Shown piece after piece: positions 8,822-18,912 of a stretch of 64,000 nucleotides of DNA. This stretch comes from Gammaproteobacteria bacterium (lineage in GTDB: Bacteria > Pseudomonadota > Gammaproteobacteria > Ga0077536). Under the pieces are notes generated by a model, which ran no database searches, had not been told where the DNA came from, and saw nothing but the letters and a program-made list of their open reading frames with translations. Where the stretch lies: positions 64,274 to 128,273 of the forward strand of contig JAYODW010000003.1 in NCBI GenBank assembly GCA_038116745.1, in the 5' to 3' direction. Within the stretch, counting starts at the first letter, position 1. Each line of letters begins with the position of its first letter. The translations under genes were made by a program, and so were the position numbers.

Positions 8822-10153
8822 ATGGCTCATTCGTCGTTCAGTGCGCGCGTGCGGCGCGGCGCAGGGATGCTTGCGCTGGCGGTGAGTATGACCGCGTTTG
8901 CGGACGAAACCTGCCAATCGCCATACATGACGCCCATCAAGGGGCAGGAAGAATTTGTCTACGTCTGGACCCTTGGCGTTGACGGCGTCGGTGACGAGTC
9001 GGACAAGCTGGTGACGGTGGACGTCCGTCCGGGCAGTGAGACCTACGGCAAGGTTATCAATACTTACTCAGTCGGCGGTCAGCACGAGGCGCACCATTCG
9101 GGGCTGAGCGATGACCGCCGCACCCTGTGGGCCGGCACGCTGGATGACAGCCAGCTCTACCTCTTCGACATCGCGAGCGACCCGGCGAAGCCGCGCCTGA
9201 GAAAACACATTACAGATTTTGTCGAGGCGACCGGCGGCGCGACCGGGCCGCATACCGTATTTGCGCTGCCCGGCCGGGTGCTGATCACCGCCACCTCGAA
9301 CAACCGCGACCATGGCGGGCGCAGCGCGCTGGTCGAGTACAGCAACGAAGGCGACTACATCGCGACCCACTGGATCCCGACGCCCGACAACATGCAGGGT
9401 GCCACCGGCGCCGAGTTTGCAGACGGCTACAACTACGACGTGCGTGCGCTGCCGCGCAAGAACGTGATGCTGACCTCGAGCTGGACCGGCTGGTCAAACT
9501 ACATGCGTAACGCCAGCGAGGTGATGAGCGACCCGGTGGCGATGAAACGCTTCGGCAACTCGATCACCGTGTGGAATCTGCATACCCGCCAGCCGCTCAA
9601 GGTACTGCAGGTGCCCGGCACCCCCCTGGAGATCCGCTGGGCGCTCAGTCCTGAGCACAACTATGCTTTCACGCATGCCAGCCTGACCTCAAAGCTGTGG
9701 CTGATTTATGAAGACGCGCAGGGTGAGTGGCAGGCTAAGGAGGTGGCCACAGTCGGCGATCCCGAGAAGCCCACATTTCCGGGCTCCATCATGATCACCA
9801 ATGATGATCAGTATCTCTGGTGGCAGGGGATCGGCGACGGCACTACACGCCTGCTGGACATCCGCGACCCGTTCAATCCCAAAGAGATCTACGCCAAACG
9901 CATCGGCAGCCAGATCAACATGGGCTCGACCAGCTGGGACGGCAAGCGGCTCTATTTCACCTCCTCAGCGCTGTCTAAATGGGACCGTAACGATGAGCAG
10001 GCTGAGCAGTTTCTGCGCGCCTATGATTGGGACGGGAAGGAGCTGGTGCAGACGTTCAGCATCGATTTCATTGCTGAGGGGCTGGGGCGGGCCCACCAGA
10101 TGCGCTTCGGTGCCTATAGCCTGTATTCCGATGTGACAACGGCCCAGCGCTGA
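8822..10153 (+). CDS. mtoX: Selenium-binding-protein (SBP56) family methanethiol oxidase
   Basis: Extended similarity to the SBP56 family, for example VTVDVRPGSETYGKVIN...HHSG and TSWDGKRLYFTSSALSKWD against human SELENBP1 LSLDGKRLYITTSLYSAWD. It has an N-terminal signal peptide. The ATG at 8822 is preceded by AGGAG. Confidence 0.85.
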   Translation: MAHSSFSARVRRGAGMLALAVSMTAFADETCQSPYMTPIKGQEEFVYVWTLGVDGVGDESDKLVTVDVRPGSETYGKVINTYSVGGQHEAHHSGLSDDRRTLWAGTLDDSQLYLFDIASDPAKPRLRKHITDFVEATGGATGPHTVFALPGRVLITATSNNRDHGGRSALVEYSNEGDYIATHWIPTPDNMQGATGAEFADGYNYDVRALPRKNVMLTSSWTGWSNYMRNASEVMSDPVAMKRFGNSITVWNLHTRQPLKVLQVPGTPLEIRWALSPEHNYAFTHASLTSKLWLIYEDAQGEWQAKEVATVGDPEKPTFPGSIMITNDDQYLWWQGIGDGTTRLLDIRDPFNPKEIYAKRIGSQINMGSTSWDGKRLYFTSSALSKWDRNDEQAEQFLRAYDWDGKELVQTFSIDFIAEGLGRAHQMRFGAYSLYSDVTTAQR

Positions 10154-10187
10154 CCCCGCGCTTGGAATAATTGCACGGGCCTGCCGG

Positions 10188-10994
10188 GTGAACCGCACCG
10201 ATCGCACGCCGTGGGTGGTGGCTGGTGTTGCGCTGCTCGTGGCCCTGGGGCTCAAACTGCAGACAACTGGACCCTCACCCGCGCCGCGCCGCACTGCGCC
10301 TGCAATAGTTGAGGAGAGCAACGCTGCGGCGCATGAGCCCGCCCACGCGCACGCCGCGATGATGCCGGCAGCGGGGTTGGATCTGTCCCGCACGGCCGAG
10401 TTTGATTTTGATCCCCCGGTAGCAGGGACCTATAGGCTCCCGGTGATCCGGCCGGCGGCTGACGGCGCCGTGCTCGATAGCGCCGGGACCGCGCGCACGC
10501 TGCACGAGCTCTACGCCGGACGCATCGTTCTGCTCAGCTTTATCTACACCCGCTGCACAGATGCCAACGGCTGCCCGCTGGCGACGGCGGTGCTGTATCG
10601 CATTTTCGGCGCCAGTCAGGCGGACGCAGAGCTGGCCGCAAACCTGCGCCTGGTCAGCCTGAGCTTCGACCCGGAACATGACACCCCCGAGGTCATGGCT
10701 GGCTACCGGGATGGTGCAGGGCCGCAGTGGGCAGATGGGGCCGAGTGGTTGGATCTCACAACTGCATCAGAGGCTGAGCTGCAGCCTATCCTCAACGACT
10801 ACGATCAGCTTGCGCGGCGACGGGTCGATGACGCAGGCCGGCCGACGGATGTGTTCGGCCACCAGCTGCGCGCCTATCTCATCGATCGGCAGCAGCGGAT
10901 CAGGAACATCTATGGCCTCGGCTTCATGGATCCGCGGCTGCTGGTGGCGGACGTGCGGACCCTGCTGGCCGAGGAACGCGGCGCGGCGCACTGA
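10188..10994 (+). CDS. SCO1/SenC-family thioredoxin-fold copper chaperone
   Basis: N-terminal TM/signal segment and a thioredoxin-like core with YTRCTDANGCP...H. It lies directly downstream of the SBP56 gene. GTG start. Confidence 0.7.
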   Translation: MNRTDRTPWVVAGVALLVALGLKLQTTGPSPAPRRTAPAIVEESNAAAHEPAHAHAAMMPAAGLDLSRTAEFDFDPPVAGTYRLPVIRPAADGAVLDSAGTARTLHELYAGRIVLLSFIYTRCTDANGCPLATAVLYRIFGASQADAELAANLRLVSLSFDPEHDTPEVMAGYRDGAGPQWADGAEWLDLTTASEAELQPILNDYDQLARRRVDDAGRPTDVFGHQLRAYLIDRQQRIRNIYGLGFMDPRLLVADVRTLLAEERGAAH

Positions 10995-10998
10995 GCTG

Positions 10999-12210
10999 GT
11001 GAGCGTGTCGGTAGCGCAGGCGGGGCCCCTCGTGGCGGGTTTTCAGGCCCGCCGATCCAAGCGATGGCTCGCGCTGTTTGCGGGCCTGCTGGCGTCCTGC
11101 GCAGTGGCGGCCATGGACATGGACCAGCGCGCGCTTGCACGCTTGCGACAGCCACCCCTCGGCCTGCCGGCGGTCCCCGTGCCCGCTGACAACCCGCCGA
11201 CCTCGGCGAAGATTGCACTGGGACGCAAGCTTTTTTTCGACCGCCGCCTGTCGCACAACCGCACCATGTCCTGTGCCATGTGCCACATCCCGGAGCAGGG
11301 TTTTACCAATAATGAAGTTGCCACGCCGGTCGGCGTGAAGGGGCGCAGCCTGCCGCGCAATGCGCCGACTGTGTTCAACGTTGCGTACGAGACCCGCCTG
11401 TTCCACGACGCGCGCGAAACCTCGCTCGAGAACCAGGTACTGAGTCCGCTCCTCGCCCGCGAGGAGATGGCGAATCCCTCGGTTGGGTACCTGCTTGAGA
11501 CCATCACCGCAGCGCCTGACTATGACGGGCAGTTCGAGCAGGCTTTCGGCGCGCCCGCTGATGTGCGCAATATCGGCCAGGCGCTGGCGAGCTATCAGCG
11601 CACCCTGGTGTCGGCAAACGCGCCGTTTGATCGCTGGTATTTCGGCGGCGATGCGGATGCCCTGTCGCTGAGCGCGCAGCGCGGGTTCAAGCTGTTCATG
11701 GAGAAGAGCGGCTGCGTGCAGTGCCATAGCCTGGGCGGTGACAGCGCGCTGTTCACTGACCAGCGCCTGCATGTCACCGGCGCCGGGCGCCGACCTTCAG
11801 GCAATGCGGGAGCGGCAGGCGCGGCAGTGACGGTGGAACTGGTGCCGGGGGTGGTGACCCCGGTGCAGCTGAAGCCCGGTGCCGACAGCCTGCGCCACGA
11901 GCTGCCGGACACCGGACGTATGGCGATCACACACGACCCGGTCGATCAGTTCGCGTTCAAGACCCCGGGACTGCGCAACGTGGCGCTGACGGCGCCCTAC
12001 ATGCACGACGGCTCGCTCGAAACGCTGGAGGCGGTGGTGCGCTTTTATCGTGCCGGCGGCGGTGAACTACCGGGACGCGATCCGCTGTTGCGGCCGCTGA
12101 CGCTCGATGCTGAAGAGATTGCGGATCTGGTCGCTTTCCTGGAAAGCCTGACCGGGGATAACGTCGCAGAGTTGATTGACGACGCGCGCAGCGCGCCTAT
12201 TGGTAATTGA
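10999..12210 (+). CDS. Di-haem cytochrome c peroxidase / MauG-like protein
   Basis: Two CxxCH haem motifs (CAMCH, CVQCH) and a CCP/MauG-like fold. It probably starts at GTG 10999, just after the SCO1 stop, with a lipoprotein-like leader (LLASC). The listed ORF from 10678 overlaps SCO1. Confidence 0.75.
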   Translation: MSVSVAQAGPLVAGFQARRSKRWLALFAGLLASCAVAAMDMDQRALARLRQPPLGLPAVPVPADNPPTSAKIALGRKLFFDRRLSHNRTMSCAMCHIPEQGFTNNEVATPVGVKGRSLPRNAPTVFNVAYETRLFHDARETSLENQVLSPLLAREEMANPSVGYLLETITAAPDYDGQFEQAFGAPADVRNIGQALASYQRTLVSANAPFDRWYFGGDADALSLSAQRGFKLFMEKSGCVQCHSLGGDSALFTDQRLHVTGAGRRPSGNAGAAGAAVTVELVPGVVTPVQLKPGADSLRHELPDTGRMAITHDPVDQFAFKTPGLRNVALTAPYMHDGSLETLEAVVRFYRAGGGELPGRDPLLRPLTLDAEEIADLVAFLESLTGDNVAELIDDARSAPIGN

Positions 12211-12233
12211 GCGGTAGCGAACGGGGTCGCAGC

Positions 12234-12908
12234 TCAGTCGATCAGGATCAGCTGGTCCGGCAGTTCGTTGACGTCACCGCTGTCGCGCGGCAGCAGTCTT
12301 GTGAGCAGACTGCCGGCCAGCGCAAGACCGTCGAGCAGGCCCTGCGTCGGATCGTCCCGACGCATGCCGTCGACCACCGCCGCGCAGATCGCATCCCATT
12401 CAGCCAGTGAGACGCGCGCGTCGACCGCGTCGTCGCCGAGAACCCGCACACGATGCTCGTAGAGCGAGACGTAGATCAGCAGCCCGGTGCCGCCCGCCGT
12501 TCCTCTGACGCGGTGGGTCTGGAACGCGGCGCGCGCTGCACGGTCCACCTCGGCGTCAATCTCTGCGCTGCTGATGAAGGGCAAGCGCAGCAGCGGTACA
12601 CGGCTTGCCAGCCACGCGCCGCCGATGAAACCCAGAGCGAAGATCGCCAGCACCCCGATTAAGCCGAGGCGGGGCGCGGCCGCGCCGCTCCACGCAGCCT
12701 CGCCAGTCCCCTGCTGGACGAACCAGATGGCGCTTACTGCAGCCAGAGCAACGACGAGCCCGAACAGATCCTCTGCCCGGTCATAGCGCCCGGAGCTGGT
12801 TGCAACTACCGGCACGATCTCGCCGGCAGTGCCCGATTCCGCAGCTGCAATCGCCGCACTGATGCGGGTGCGGTCCTGCTCGCTGAACAGACTGCTGGCG
12901 CTTTTCAT
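12234..12908 (-). CDS. TPM-domain (DUF477/YgcG-like) membrane protein
   Basis: Contains GEIVPVVATSSGRYDRAEDLFGL, a TPM-phosphatase-like sequence, followed by a TM helix. The ATG at 12908 is preceded by GAGGAGA. The longer ORF overlaps the upstream gene. Confidence 0.55.
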   Translation of the reverse strand: MKSASSLFSEQDRTRISAAIAAAESGTAGEIVPVVATSSGRYDRAEDLFGLVVALAAVSAIWFVQQGTGEAAWSGAAAPRLGLIGVLAIFALGFIGGAWLASRVPLLRLPFISSAEIDAEVDRAARAAFQTHRVRGTAGGTGLLIYVSLYEHRVRVLGDDAVDARVSLAEWDAICAAVVDGMRRDDPTQGLLDGLALAGSLLTRLLPRDSGDVNELPDQLILID

Positions 12909-12918
12909 CGACGTCTCC

Positions 12919-13668
12919 TCACCACGAGCCGCTGGCGCCACCGCCACCGGAGGAGCCGCCGCCGAAGCCGCCGCCCGATCCGCTGGACGCAGCCCGCAGG
13001 GCAAAGAAAAGCAGCGCCGCCATGGCCAGGATCAAAGCCCACGCCCAGCCCTTGCGGCCGGTCTTGAACAGGTTGACGACCAGCAGGACGAAGCCGATGG
13101 CGCCCACAATCAGCAGCGGCAGAACCCAGGCCGGCCGCGTTGGCCGCGGCAGACCAAGTCCCCGGGCAACGGCGTCGAGCCCACGCACGCCGTCCATGAT
13201 GCCGACGGCGAAGTCGCCCCGCTTAAACGCCGGCACGATCAGCGATTGCATGATGTCCATGGCCTGAGCGTCGTATTGATGCTCAAAGCCGGCGCCGAAC
13301 TCGATGCGCGCTTTGCGGTCGCCGCGGGAGACCAGCAGGAGCATGCCGTAGTTACGGTCCTCAGAGCCGATTCCCCAATGGTCGAACAGCGCGGTGGCAT
13401 ATCCCTCAATGCCCATGCCGGTCGCTTCGTATTGCGCCAGTGACGCGATGGTTACTACGAACAGGGGAATCTGCTCATCACGCAGCAGGAGCAACGCCGT
13501 CTCGTTGACCTTGGCTTTAGCTGCATCATCGAGCATGCCCGCCTCGTCGACGAAGAAATCGGCATCCGGCGGCTTGTCCGGAAAGGAGGCGGCGAGCACC
13601 ATGCTGTGAAACAGGCATGACAACGCCATCAGAAAACAGAAAACCAGACGTTGTCTGAACGGAGTCAT
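12919..13668 (-). CDS. TPM-domain protein with signal peptide, C-terminal TM helix and glycine-rich tail
   Basis: Signal peptide, then a TPM-like core (FVVTIASLAQYE..., LLLVSRGDRKARIEFGAG), a TM helix and a GGGFGGGSSGGGGASGSW tail. Confidence 0.6.
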   Translation of the reverse strand: MTPFRQRLVFCFLMALSCLFHSMVLAASFPDKPPDADFFVDEAGMLDDAAKAKVNETALLLLRDEQIPLFVVTIASLAQYEATGMGIEGYATALFDHWGIGSEDRNYGMLLLVSRGDRKARIEFGAGFEHQYDAQAMDIMQSLIVPAFKRGDFAVGIMDGVRGLDAVARGLGLPRPTRPAWVLPLLIVGAIGFVLLVVNLFKTGRKGWAWALILAMAALLFFALRAASSGSGGGFGGGSSGGGGASGSW

Positions 13669-13826
13669 GCCTCAAGGATAGCGGCTATGCGCTGCAGGGG
13701 CGAACCCGGAACGCAGCGGGGGCCACGCAGGCTGCGTTCGTCGCGGTCCCTCGTTGTCAGGGGGAGATGGTGGCGCCGGGAGGGGGACGTAAGATGCGGC
13801 AGCGTCATTGAAGGGAGAATCGACTC

Positions 13827-15677
13827 ATGGAACGACATCATCTGGTCTTGCTGCTCCTCGCTGGCCTGGCAGGCAACGCCTCCGCCGCCGAGCCTGCGGT
13901 CGCCGGTTCAGCATCCACTTTCTCCAGCGGCGCCGAGTGGCTGAGCTACAACAAGTCGCTGGATGGCCAGCGCTATTCGCCCCTGACGCAGATCAACCGC
14001 ACCAACGCGGCAGAGCTCACAGAAGTCTGCCGTGTGCAGGTCGACGACAGCGGCTCATTCCAGGCCGGCCTCATTGTGGTCGACGACGTCATGTACGCAA
14101 CGACCGCCACCGATACGCTGGCGCTGAATCCGGTGAACTGTGAGGTTATCTGGCGCGTCAGCTATCGGCGCGAGGACGCCGCACCTTTCCCGGTCAATCG
14201 CGGGGTGGCATACAACGGCGGGCGGCTGTTCCGCGGGACTGATGACGGTCGTGTGATTGCGCTTGACGCGCGCACCGGACAGGAGCTGTGGTCGAACATC
14301 GTCGGCGAGCCTGGCTACGGCGAGGTGGTGACCGGCTCACCGCTGGTCTGGAACGGTTTGTTAATCGTCGGCACGGCGGTGTCCGAATTCGGCTCCCGCG
14401 GACGGGTGATTGCTTTCGACACGGTTTCAGGGCGGGAGATCTGGCGCTTCAACACCGTGCCGGCCGAGGGCGAGCCGAATTACGAGACCTGGGGCGGAAG
14501 CGTCTGGAACACCATCACCGGCGGCGGAGGCGGCAGCTGGTCGCATTTCGCGCTGGATCCGTCAACGGCGGAAGTGTTCATCCCGGTCGGCAACCCGATC
14601 CCGGACTTCGTGCCCGCAGAGCGCCCCGGCGACAACCTTTACACCAACTGCGTGCTGGTGCTCGACGCGCGTACCGGCCAGCTCAAGTGGTGGTATCAGC
14701 TCGCGCCCAGCGACGGTCTGGACCATGACCTCGCAGCGGCCCCTGTGCTGTATCGAGACTCCAAGGGCAAGCGGCGCGTCGCGGCGGCGGGCAAGGACGG
14801 CTACCTGCACATCATCGACCGTGAAACCCACCAGCGGCTGGCGCGTACCGCCGTCACTACGGTCACCGAGCCGGTCGCGGTGCCGACCCCGGAAGGGATC
14901 GAGGCCTGCCCCGGCCCTGCTGGTGGCGTGGAATGGAACGGACCGGCGTTTCACCCGGAACTGAACCGGCTGTTCGTCGGTTCGCTCGACTACTGTGCGC
15001 TGTTCATGGCTGAGCCGGGCACGAAACCTGCCGTCGGCGGTTACAACATGGGCGGCACGTGGAGTGGTCTCGGTACCCCGCGCGGCTGGATCGTCGGCAT
15101 CGATGCCGACAGTGGCGAAGTCGCCTGGCGCTACCACGCGGACTACCCGGTCGTCGGGGCGCTCACAGCTACTGCCGGCAATGTCCTTTTCGGCGGCGAT
15201 AACGCCGGCAAGTTTCTGGTGTTCGATGCGGACACGGGCGAGATATTGAAAGAAGTGGCTACCGGCGGGTCGTTGTCGGGTGGTCTGATCACCTACGCAC
15301 AGCGCGGGCGGCAGTACGTGGCGATGACTTCGGGCAATATCTCGCGCTCCCTGTTCGGGGCGATGGGGCGCCCGTCGATTCTGATCATGGCGTTGCCGCA
15401 AGCGGTGATCGCGGCCGGGCAGAATACGGCGGCGTCGAGCGCAGCGCGCGGGCATGTGGCGTACGGACGCTATTGCGCTGTTTGTCATGGCGCGCAGGGC
15501 AGCGACTGGCAGAACGTCGATCTGAAAGCGGTCAAGCGCAAAATGAACGCCGAGCAGCTCGTGGCGTTCATGCGCAACCCACGCGCACCGATGCCTAAAC
15601 CGTTTGCCGAGCCCTGGTCGTCGGCGGACGAACAGCGGGCGCGGGATATCGCTGCGTTTCTGATGCAGTGGCAATAA
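13827..15677 (+). CDS. PQQ-dependent quinohaemoprotein dehydrogenase (type II alcohol dehydrogenase-like) with C-terminal cytochrome c domain
   Basis: Signal peptide and PQQ beta-propeller repeats (repeated W..G motifs). The C-terminal CAVCHG is a haem c site. RBS AGGGAGA lies upstream of the ATG. Confidence 0.8.
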   Translation: MERHHLVLLLLAGLAGNASAAEPAVAGSASTFSSGAEWLSYNKSLDGQRYSPLTQINRTNAAELTEVCRVQVDDSGSFQAGLIVVDDVMYATTATDTLALNPVNCEVIWRVSYRREDAAPFPVNRGVAYNGGRLFRGTDDGRVIALDARTGQELWSNIVGEPGYGEVVTGSPLVWNGLLIVGTAVSEFGSRGRVIAFDTVSGREIWRFNTVPAEGEPNYETWGGSVWNTITGGGGGSWSHFALDPSTAEVFIPVGNPIPDFVPAERPGDNLYTNCVLVLDARTGQLKWWYQLAPSDGLDHDLAAAPVLYRDSKGKRRVAAAGKDGYLHIIDRETHQRLARTAVTTVTEPVAVPTPEGIEACPGPAGGVEWNGPAFHPELNRLFVGSLDYCALFMAEPGTKPAVGGYNMGGTWSGLGTPRGWIVGIDADSGEVAWRYHADYPVVGALTATAGNVLFGGDNAGKFLVFDADTGEILKEVATGGSLSGGLITYAQRGRQYVAMTSGNISRSLFGAMGRPSILIMALPQAVIAAGQNTAASSAARGHVAYGRYCAVCHGAQGSDWQNVDLKAVKRKMNAEQLVAFMRNPRAPMPKPFAEPWSSADEQRARDIAAFLMQWQ

Positions 15678-15728
15678 ACGCCTGCAGGCGCACCGCACTC
15701 AGCAGGCGTCCAACCGAGGAGTAGAGCA

Positions 15729-16196
15729 ATGAGCGACGATTTTCCCCCTGAGGTGATGCAGGCGTTCGCCGAGCATGAACAGCAGTACCTGACCGATCCG
15801 GATGCCGCCCGGTTGTGGGATCCGATCTGCATCGGCGTGCCCGGCGGGCCGGTGCCCTGTCTGCTGCTGTTCCATACCGGCCGCCGCTCGGGTAAGCGCC
15901 TGAAGTCGGTGCTGCAGTACTACACGCGCAACGGACAGATCGCGATCGTCGCCTCCAAGGGTGGCGCGCCGAGCCATCCCAAGTGGTATCTGAACCTGGT
16001 GGCGGACCCCACCTGCGAGGTCTGGATCGGCAGCCACAAAACTGCCGCGACGGCGCGTGCAATGACGCCGGATGAACACGCCTACTGGTGGCCGGAGATG
16101 AAGGCCGAGCAGCCGGCCCAGGTCGAGTACGAGAAACGGACCTCGCGGCAGATCCCCCTGCTGATCCTTGAACTCGAGAAACCGATGCCGGCCTGA
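15729..16196 (+). CDS. Deazaflavin-dependent nitroreductase-family protein (DUF385, PNPOx-like split barrel)
   Basis: LLLFHTGRRSGK...ASKGGAPSHPKWYLNL...EVWIG matches the DUF385 consensus. GAGGAG RBS. Confidence 0.65.
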   Translation: MSDDFPPEVMQAFAEHEQQYLTDPDAARLWDPICIGVPGGPVPCLLLFHTGRRSGKRLKSVLQYYTRNGQIAIVASKGGAPSHPKWYLNLVADPTCEVWIGSHKTAATARAMTPDEHAYWWPEMKAEQPAQVEYEKRTSRQIPLLILELEKPMPA

Positions 16197-16301
16197 GCGT
16201 CTCGCCCGGGGCCCCTCGGCAGCGGTGCTCTGCCGGGGCGTCAGCGGGGGATCGAGCGCCGGCAGGGAATCAGCGGCGCCTGCAGGCGGTGTTCGCCGGG
16301 A

Positions 16302-17474
16302 TTACTCGATACTGAAAACTGGTTTCCAGCCGGCCGGGGCGAGGGTGGTCGTTGTGTCGAAGGCCTGAAGCGTCTGAGGCGTCACCGCGACGGGAAGCGG
16401 CTGCACGTGTTCAGCCAGACGTCCCAGATCGGTTAATTGCGGTCGGCCGCCTGTGGCCATCGGTTTTCCTTCGAGCAGACGGACCGCCTGGTCGACCGCT
16501 ATGCGGGCCTGCAAGATGACCTGGTCTGTGGGTGCCATGGCAACCTGACCCTGCGCGATCAGCTCATGCACGCTCTGCGTGTAGTAATACACCACGATTT
16601 TGACGCGGTCCGTCATTCCTCGGTCACGCAGCACGGCGATGGCGCTCTCTGCCGTTGGTGAGGTTCCGACGATATAGGCCAGGTCGGGATAGGCGTTCAG
16701 CCCTGCTTCAACCAGCTCGCGCTGTGCCTCGATGCTGGTGTCTCCCCAACGGGTGTCGACGATCTCGGCGGCGCTGCCCTCTACTGCAGCGCGGCAACCC
16801 TGATCACCGCCCAGTGACCAGCCGGCGCCATAGGGGCCCGGATACCATCCGATCCTGACGGTCGGGGTTCCCGCAGGGTGCCGCTCGGCGACCCAGCTGC
16901 AGGCCATGTACCCCATGCTGAAATAACTCTCGACTGATTTGGCATCGACCGCGTTATTGGTGCCGTTGATGAGGTCAACCACCTTCACGCCCTGAGCCCG
17001 CAGGGCGTCCACCTGCGGCGCGTTGCCGTCGCTCGAGATAGCGCCGAGCAGGACCGCTTCCGCCCCGCCGGTGGCGCAGGTGTCGATCTGGGCGAGCTGC
17101 TTGCTGAGGTTGCCATAGCCGCCGGCTTCGACCAGCGTGATTTTCTGGCCCAGCCGTCGGCCCTCCTCGATGATGCCGTAGGCTGCCGCCAGCCAGTAGG
17201 AATCTTCGTTCAGATGTGGAAACGAGACGCAGAGATGATGCTTCCCCGTCACCGCCGCCGGCATCAGGGGTTCGTAATAGGCTTGCTCGAGCCGGTTCGC
17301 GCTGTTCCGCGGATCGTTCACGCAGGCAGCCGTACCGTCGGTGCAGGCGGGGTTGAAGACCTGTACCCTGGCGGGCCACCACGGCGGGACCTCATCCGCT
17401 CCCGCAGTCAGGGCCAACAACGCGCTCAGGGTGAGGATGATGCCGCGGCTGGTATGTTGGGTAAGCGCTTTCAT
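16302..17474 (-). CDS. Periplasmic binding protein, sugar-binding/TorT-like (Peripla_BP family); orphan, no permease nearby
   Basis: Signal peptide (MKALTQHTSRGIILTLSALLALTAGA) followed by a two-lobe PBP fold. Start chosen at the ATG at 17474. Confidence 0.6.
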   Translation of the reverse strand: MKALTQHTSRGIILTLSALLALTAGADEVPPWWPARVQVFNPACTDGTAACVNDPRNSANRLEQAYYEPLMPAAVTGKHHLCVSFPHLNEDSYWLAAAYGIIEEGRRLGQKITLVEAGGYGNLSKQLAQIDTCATGGAEAVLLGAISSDGNAPQVDALRAQGVKVVDLINGTNNAVDAKSVESYFSMGYMACSWVAERHPAGTPTVRIGWYPGPYGAGWSLGGDQGCRAAVEGSAAEIVDTRWGDTSIEAQRELVEAGLNAYPDLAYIVGTSPTAESAIAVLRDRGMTDRVKIVVYYYTQSVHELIAQGQVAMAPTDQVILQARIAVDQAVRLLEGKPMATGGRPQLTDLGRLAEHVQPLPVAVTPQTLQAFDTTTTLAPAGWKPVFSIE

Positions 17475-17884
17475 TGCTGAGGTTCCTTCGTCCGGTGGCC
17501 GCACATGATGCTCCATCGTCATTGCCGGATGCGCCGACATCGACCGGTTGGTGCTGGCCCGCCTGGAAGCCAGTAGGCGCCGTATATGGGGCCGTCTTCA
17601 TCCTACCTTTCTGGTCGGGTGGCCGCGATCCCGCCGCAACCGCCACGCCTCAGTGGTCCCGCCGCAGTGTTATCAGTGACGCCAGCCGGTTTATAGTCCG
17701 ACCCCGCATCAATTCACGAAAGCGGCGCCTCAATGCGCCAGAACACCCATGCCAAGAAACCGGTCGTCGCAATTGATGAGCGTGCCGCCCGAGGATCAGA
17801 CGCAGCACCTCAGCGGCGCCAGCGGAGGCAGGCAGGAGCGGACAGGTGACGCCGTTGGATCAATGGACCTGATGGAGAAACGAC

Positions 17885-18745
17885 ATGAATGTGCTTGAGG
17901 GCGAACGCTTTGAGCAGCGCCGGATCCTGTTTCAGGGGCGGCCGGAATGGACAACGGTCGATGGTGACAGTCTGCGGCTGATGGACGGGCGGCAGCTGGC
18001 TGAATCTGAGGCTGTCTATCTGCCGCCCTGCGAGCCGACCAAGATCCTGTGTATTCACCTCAACTACGAGTCACGGCGCATCGAATTCCGCGCGCCCGAT
18101 CTGGTGACGCCGACCTACTTCCAAAAACCCGTCAGCGCGCTGAACAGCCACCGGGGCATGCTCAACCGGCCCGACAACTGTCAGTACCTCAACTACGAAG
18201 GTGAAGTCGCCGCCATCATCGGCCGGCCGATGAAGAACGTGCCGCGTGATGAGACCTGGCACTACATTGCCGGTTTTGCGCCGGCCAATGATGTCGGCGC
18301 GCAGGATTTCCGGGATACCGATGCCGGCGGCATGACCCGGGTCAAGGGCATGGATGGCTTCTGCCCCATCGGTCCCGGGATCGTGCGAGGAGTCGACGTG
18401 CGCCGCTCAACCCTGCGCACCTATCTGAACGGTAAAGTCGTGCAGGAAGGGGAAGTCGCTGAAATGACCTTCGGTATTGATTACCAGCTTGCCGATCTGT
18501 GTCGCCACATCACCCTCATGCCCGGGGATATTGTCCTTACCGGCACGCCGGCTAACTCGCGCCCCATGCAACCCGGCGACCGGGTCGAGGTCGAGGTTAC
18601 GGGGCTCGGCCGTCTGAGCAACACGGTGCAGAATGTTCCGGCACCGGCGCATGATGTCGGTCATGATCCGACCGATACTGATGCCGTGCGTCGGGTCGCC
18701 CTCGGCGGCGACTGGTGGGCCGAGCAGGAGGCAAAGCAAGGCTGA
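17885..18745 (+). CDS. Fumarylacetoacetate hydrolase (FAH) family hydratase/hydrolase
   Basis: FAH-family motifs (ILCIHLNYE, NYEGEVAAIIGR, GDIVLTGTP). GGAGAA RBS. Confidence 0.8.
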   Translation: MNVLEGERFEQRRILFQGRPEWTTVDGDSLRLMDGRQLAESEAVYLPPCEPTKILCIHLNYESRRIEFRAPDLVTPTYFQKPVSALNSHRGMLNRPDNCQYLNYEGEVAAIIGRPMKNVPRDETWHYIAGFAPANDVGAQDFRDTDAGGMTRVKGMDGFCPIGPGIVRGVDVRRSTLRTYLNGKVVQEGEVAEMTFGIDYQLADLCRHITLMPGDIVLTGTPANSRPMQPGDRVEVEVTGLGRLSNTVQNVPAPAHDVGHDPTDTDAVRRVALGGDWWAEQEAKQG

Positions 18746-18912
18746 GCTGGCTGAACACTTGGCTGGGCTCCGCGCGTCGGTGGAGGCTGCTCTGCGATGC
18801 AGAGAAAGACCAACTCCGCGAGCGCTCTGAGCCGCGCGGTGCATACATACGTATCACCAGGCAGAACCAAACGCACTTCCCGAGCAACGGAAGCCACTGA
18901 GAAGAGAACCTT

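Noticed and set aside
15678-15730. Terminator after the PQQ dehydrogenase (palindromes cgcctgcaggcg and acgcctgc...gcaggcgt).
   Set aside because: The palindromes are not followed by a T-rich tract, and the next gene starts within 50 nt with a good RBS.
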